Positions 63,652 to 64,000 of a DNA stretch of 64,000 nucleotides are shown here, one piece after another. The translations under genes were made by a program, and so were the position numbers. The number at the start of each line of letters is the position of its first letter. Position 1 is the stretch's first letter. The stretch comes from Clostridiales bacterium (GTDB lineage: Bacteria; Bacillota; Clostridia; Peptostreptococcales; Anaerovoracaceae), in assembly GCA_009776955.1 (NCBI GenBank), contig WRMW01000002.1:187154-251153 (forward strand), in the 5' to 3' direction. Below the pieces are notes generated by a model that was not told the origin of the DNA, did no database searches, and worked only from the letters and a program-made list of their open reading frames with translations.

Positions 63652-64000
63652 ATGGGTGAGGTCGACAAGGCGTACGAGCGGGCGCTGTGGTTTCTTGAGA
63701 GGCGTGAGCGGACGGAGCGTGAGGTCTATGAGCGGCTGACGAAAGCGGGGTTCTCCGAGGATGCCGCGCTTGGCGTTCTGGAACGGCTAAAGGATGCGGG
63801 GCTTGTGGATGACGAGGGCTATGCGGTGCGGTATATGGAGGCGCTTGCCACGAAAGGGCGAGGGCGGCTCAGGATAGCGCAGGAGATGCGACGCAAGGGC
63901 TTGACGGACGAGCTTGTCAGGAATACGCTAGAGGACGGGCTTTTGGACGAGGACGAGCGGGAGCGGGCTATAGACGCGGCACGTAAGGCGTGGGCGGCAG
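63652..64000 (+). CDS. recX: Recombination regulator RecX (partial, runs off the window)
   Basis: Open frame with no stop, so it is absent from the ORF track. The translation begins MGEVDKAYERALWFLERRERTEREVYERL.K.GF.... The DDEGYAVRY and RGR.RI..E...KG motifs repeat as expected for RecX. Confidence 0.8.
   Translation, partial: MGEVDKAYERALWFLERRERTEREVYERLTKAGFSEDAALGVLERLKDAGLVDDEGYAVRYMEALATKGRGRLRIAQEMRRKGLTDELVRNTLEDGLLDEDERERAIDAARKAWAA

Overview
High-GC (roughly 58-60%) chromosomal core region of a Bacillota/Clostridia-type genome; the taxonomic call rests on sigH, a CIRCE operator and B. subtilis-like synteny (carD-yacL-ispDF ... cysS-mrnC-rlmB-sigH). Gene order, left to right: (1) dcw cell-wall/division cluster (PBP tail, murF, mraY, murD, ftsW, murG, ftsQ, ftsZ); (2) MoeA-like gene plus modABC; (3) panC-maf fusion with a DUF2520 oxidoreductase gene; (4) greA-lysS, a gate-domain membrane protein and an EF-G paralog; (5) response regulator-histidine kinase-radA operon; (6) carD-yacL-ispDF-proS-nudix-M23-cysS-mrnC-rlmB-sigH-tRNA-Thr; (7) a signal-peptidase-like gene followed by a bactofilin module; (8) assorted envelope and membrane genes; (9) glyA, CYTH, coaB and coaC; (10) a heterodimeric ABC exporter; (11) CIRCE-controlled clpB; (12) aconitase-gntR, an M24 peptidase and a hydantoinase; (13) ftsEX with a coiled-coil M23 peptidase; (14) recJ, gmk, rpoZ, a PPTase and recX. 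I saw no prophage, integrase, CRISPR array, rRNA or obvious defence island. The observations most worth a second look are listed below.
- A 234-nt GC-rich palindromic segment sits in frame inside murF.
- panC and maf are fused into one ORF.
- The signal-peptidase-I paralog lacks the catalytic lysine and sits next to a bactofilin gene that is translationally coupled to a tail-anchored acidic protein.
- clpB is encoded without its N-domain and sits behind a perfect CIRCE operator.
- An orphan promoter-terminator unit (candidate sRNA) lies upstream of ftsEX.
- A ParA/MinD-like protein has both Walker A lysines replaced.
All calls come from reading the translations and the DNA by eye. No database searches were run.
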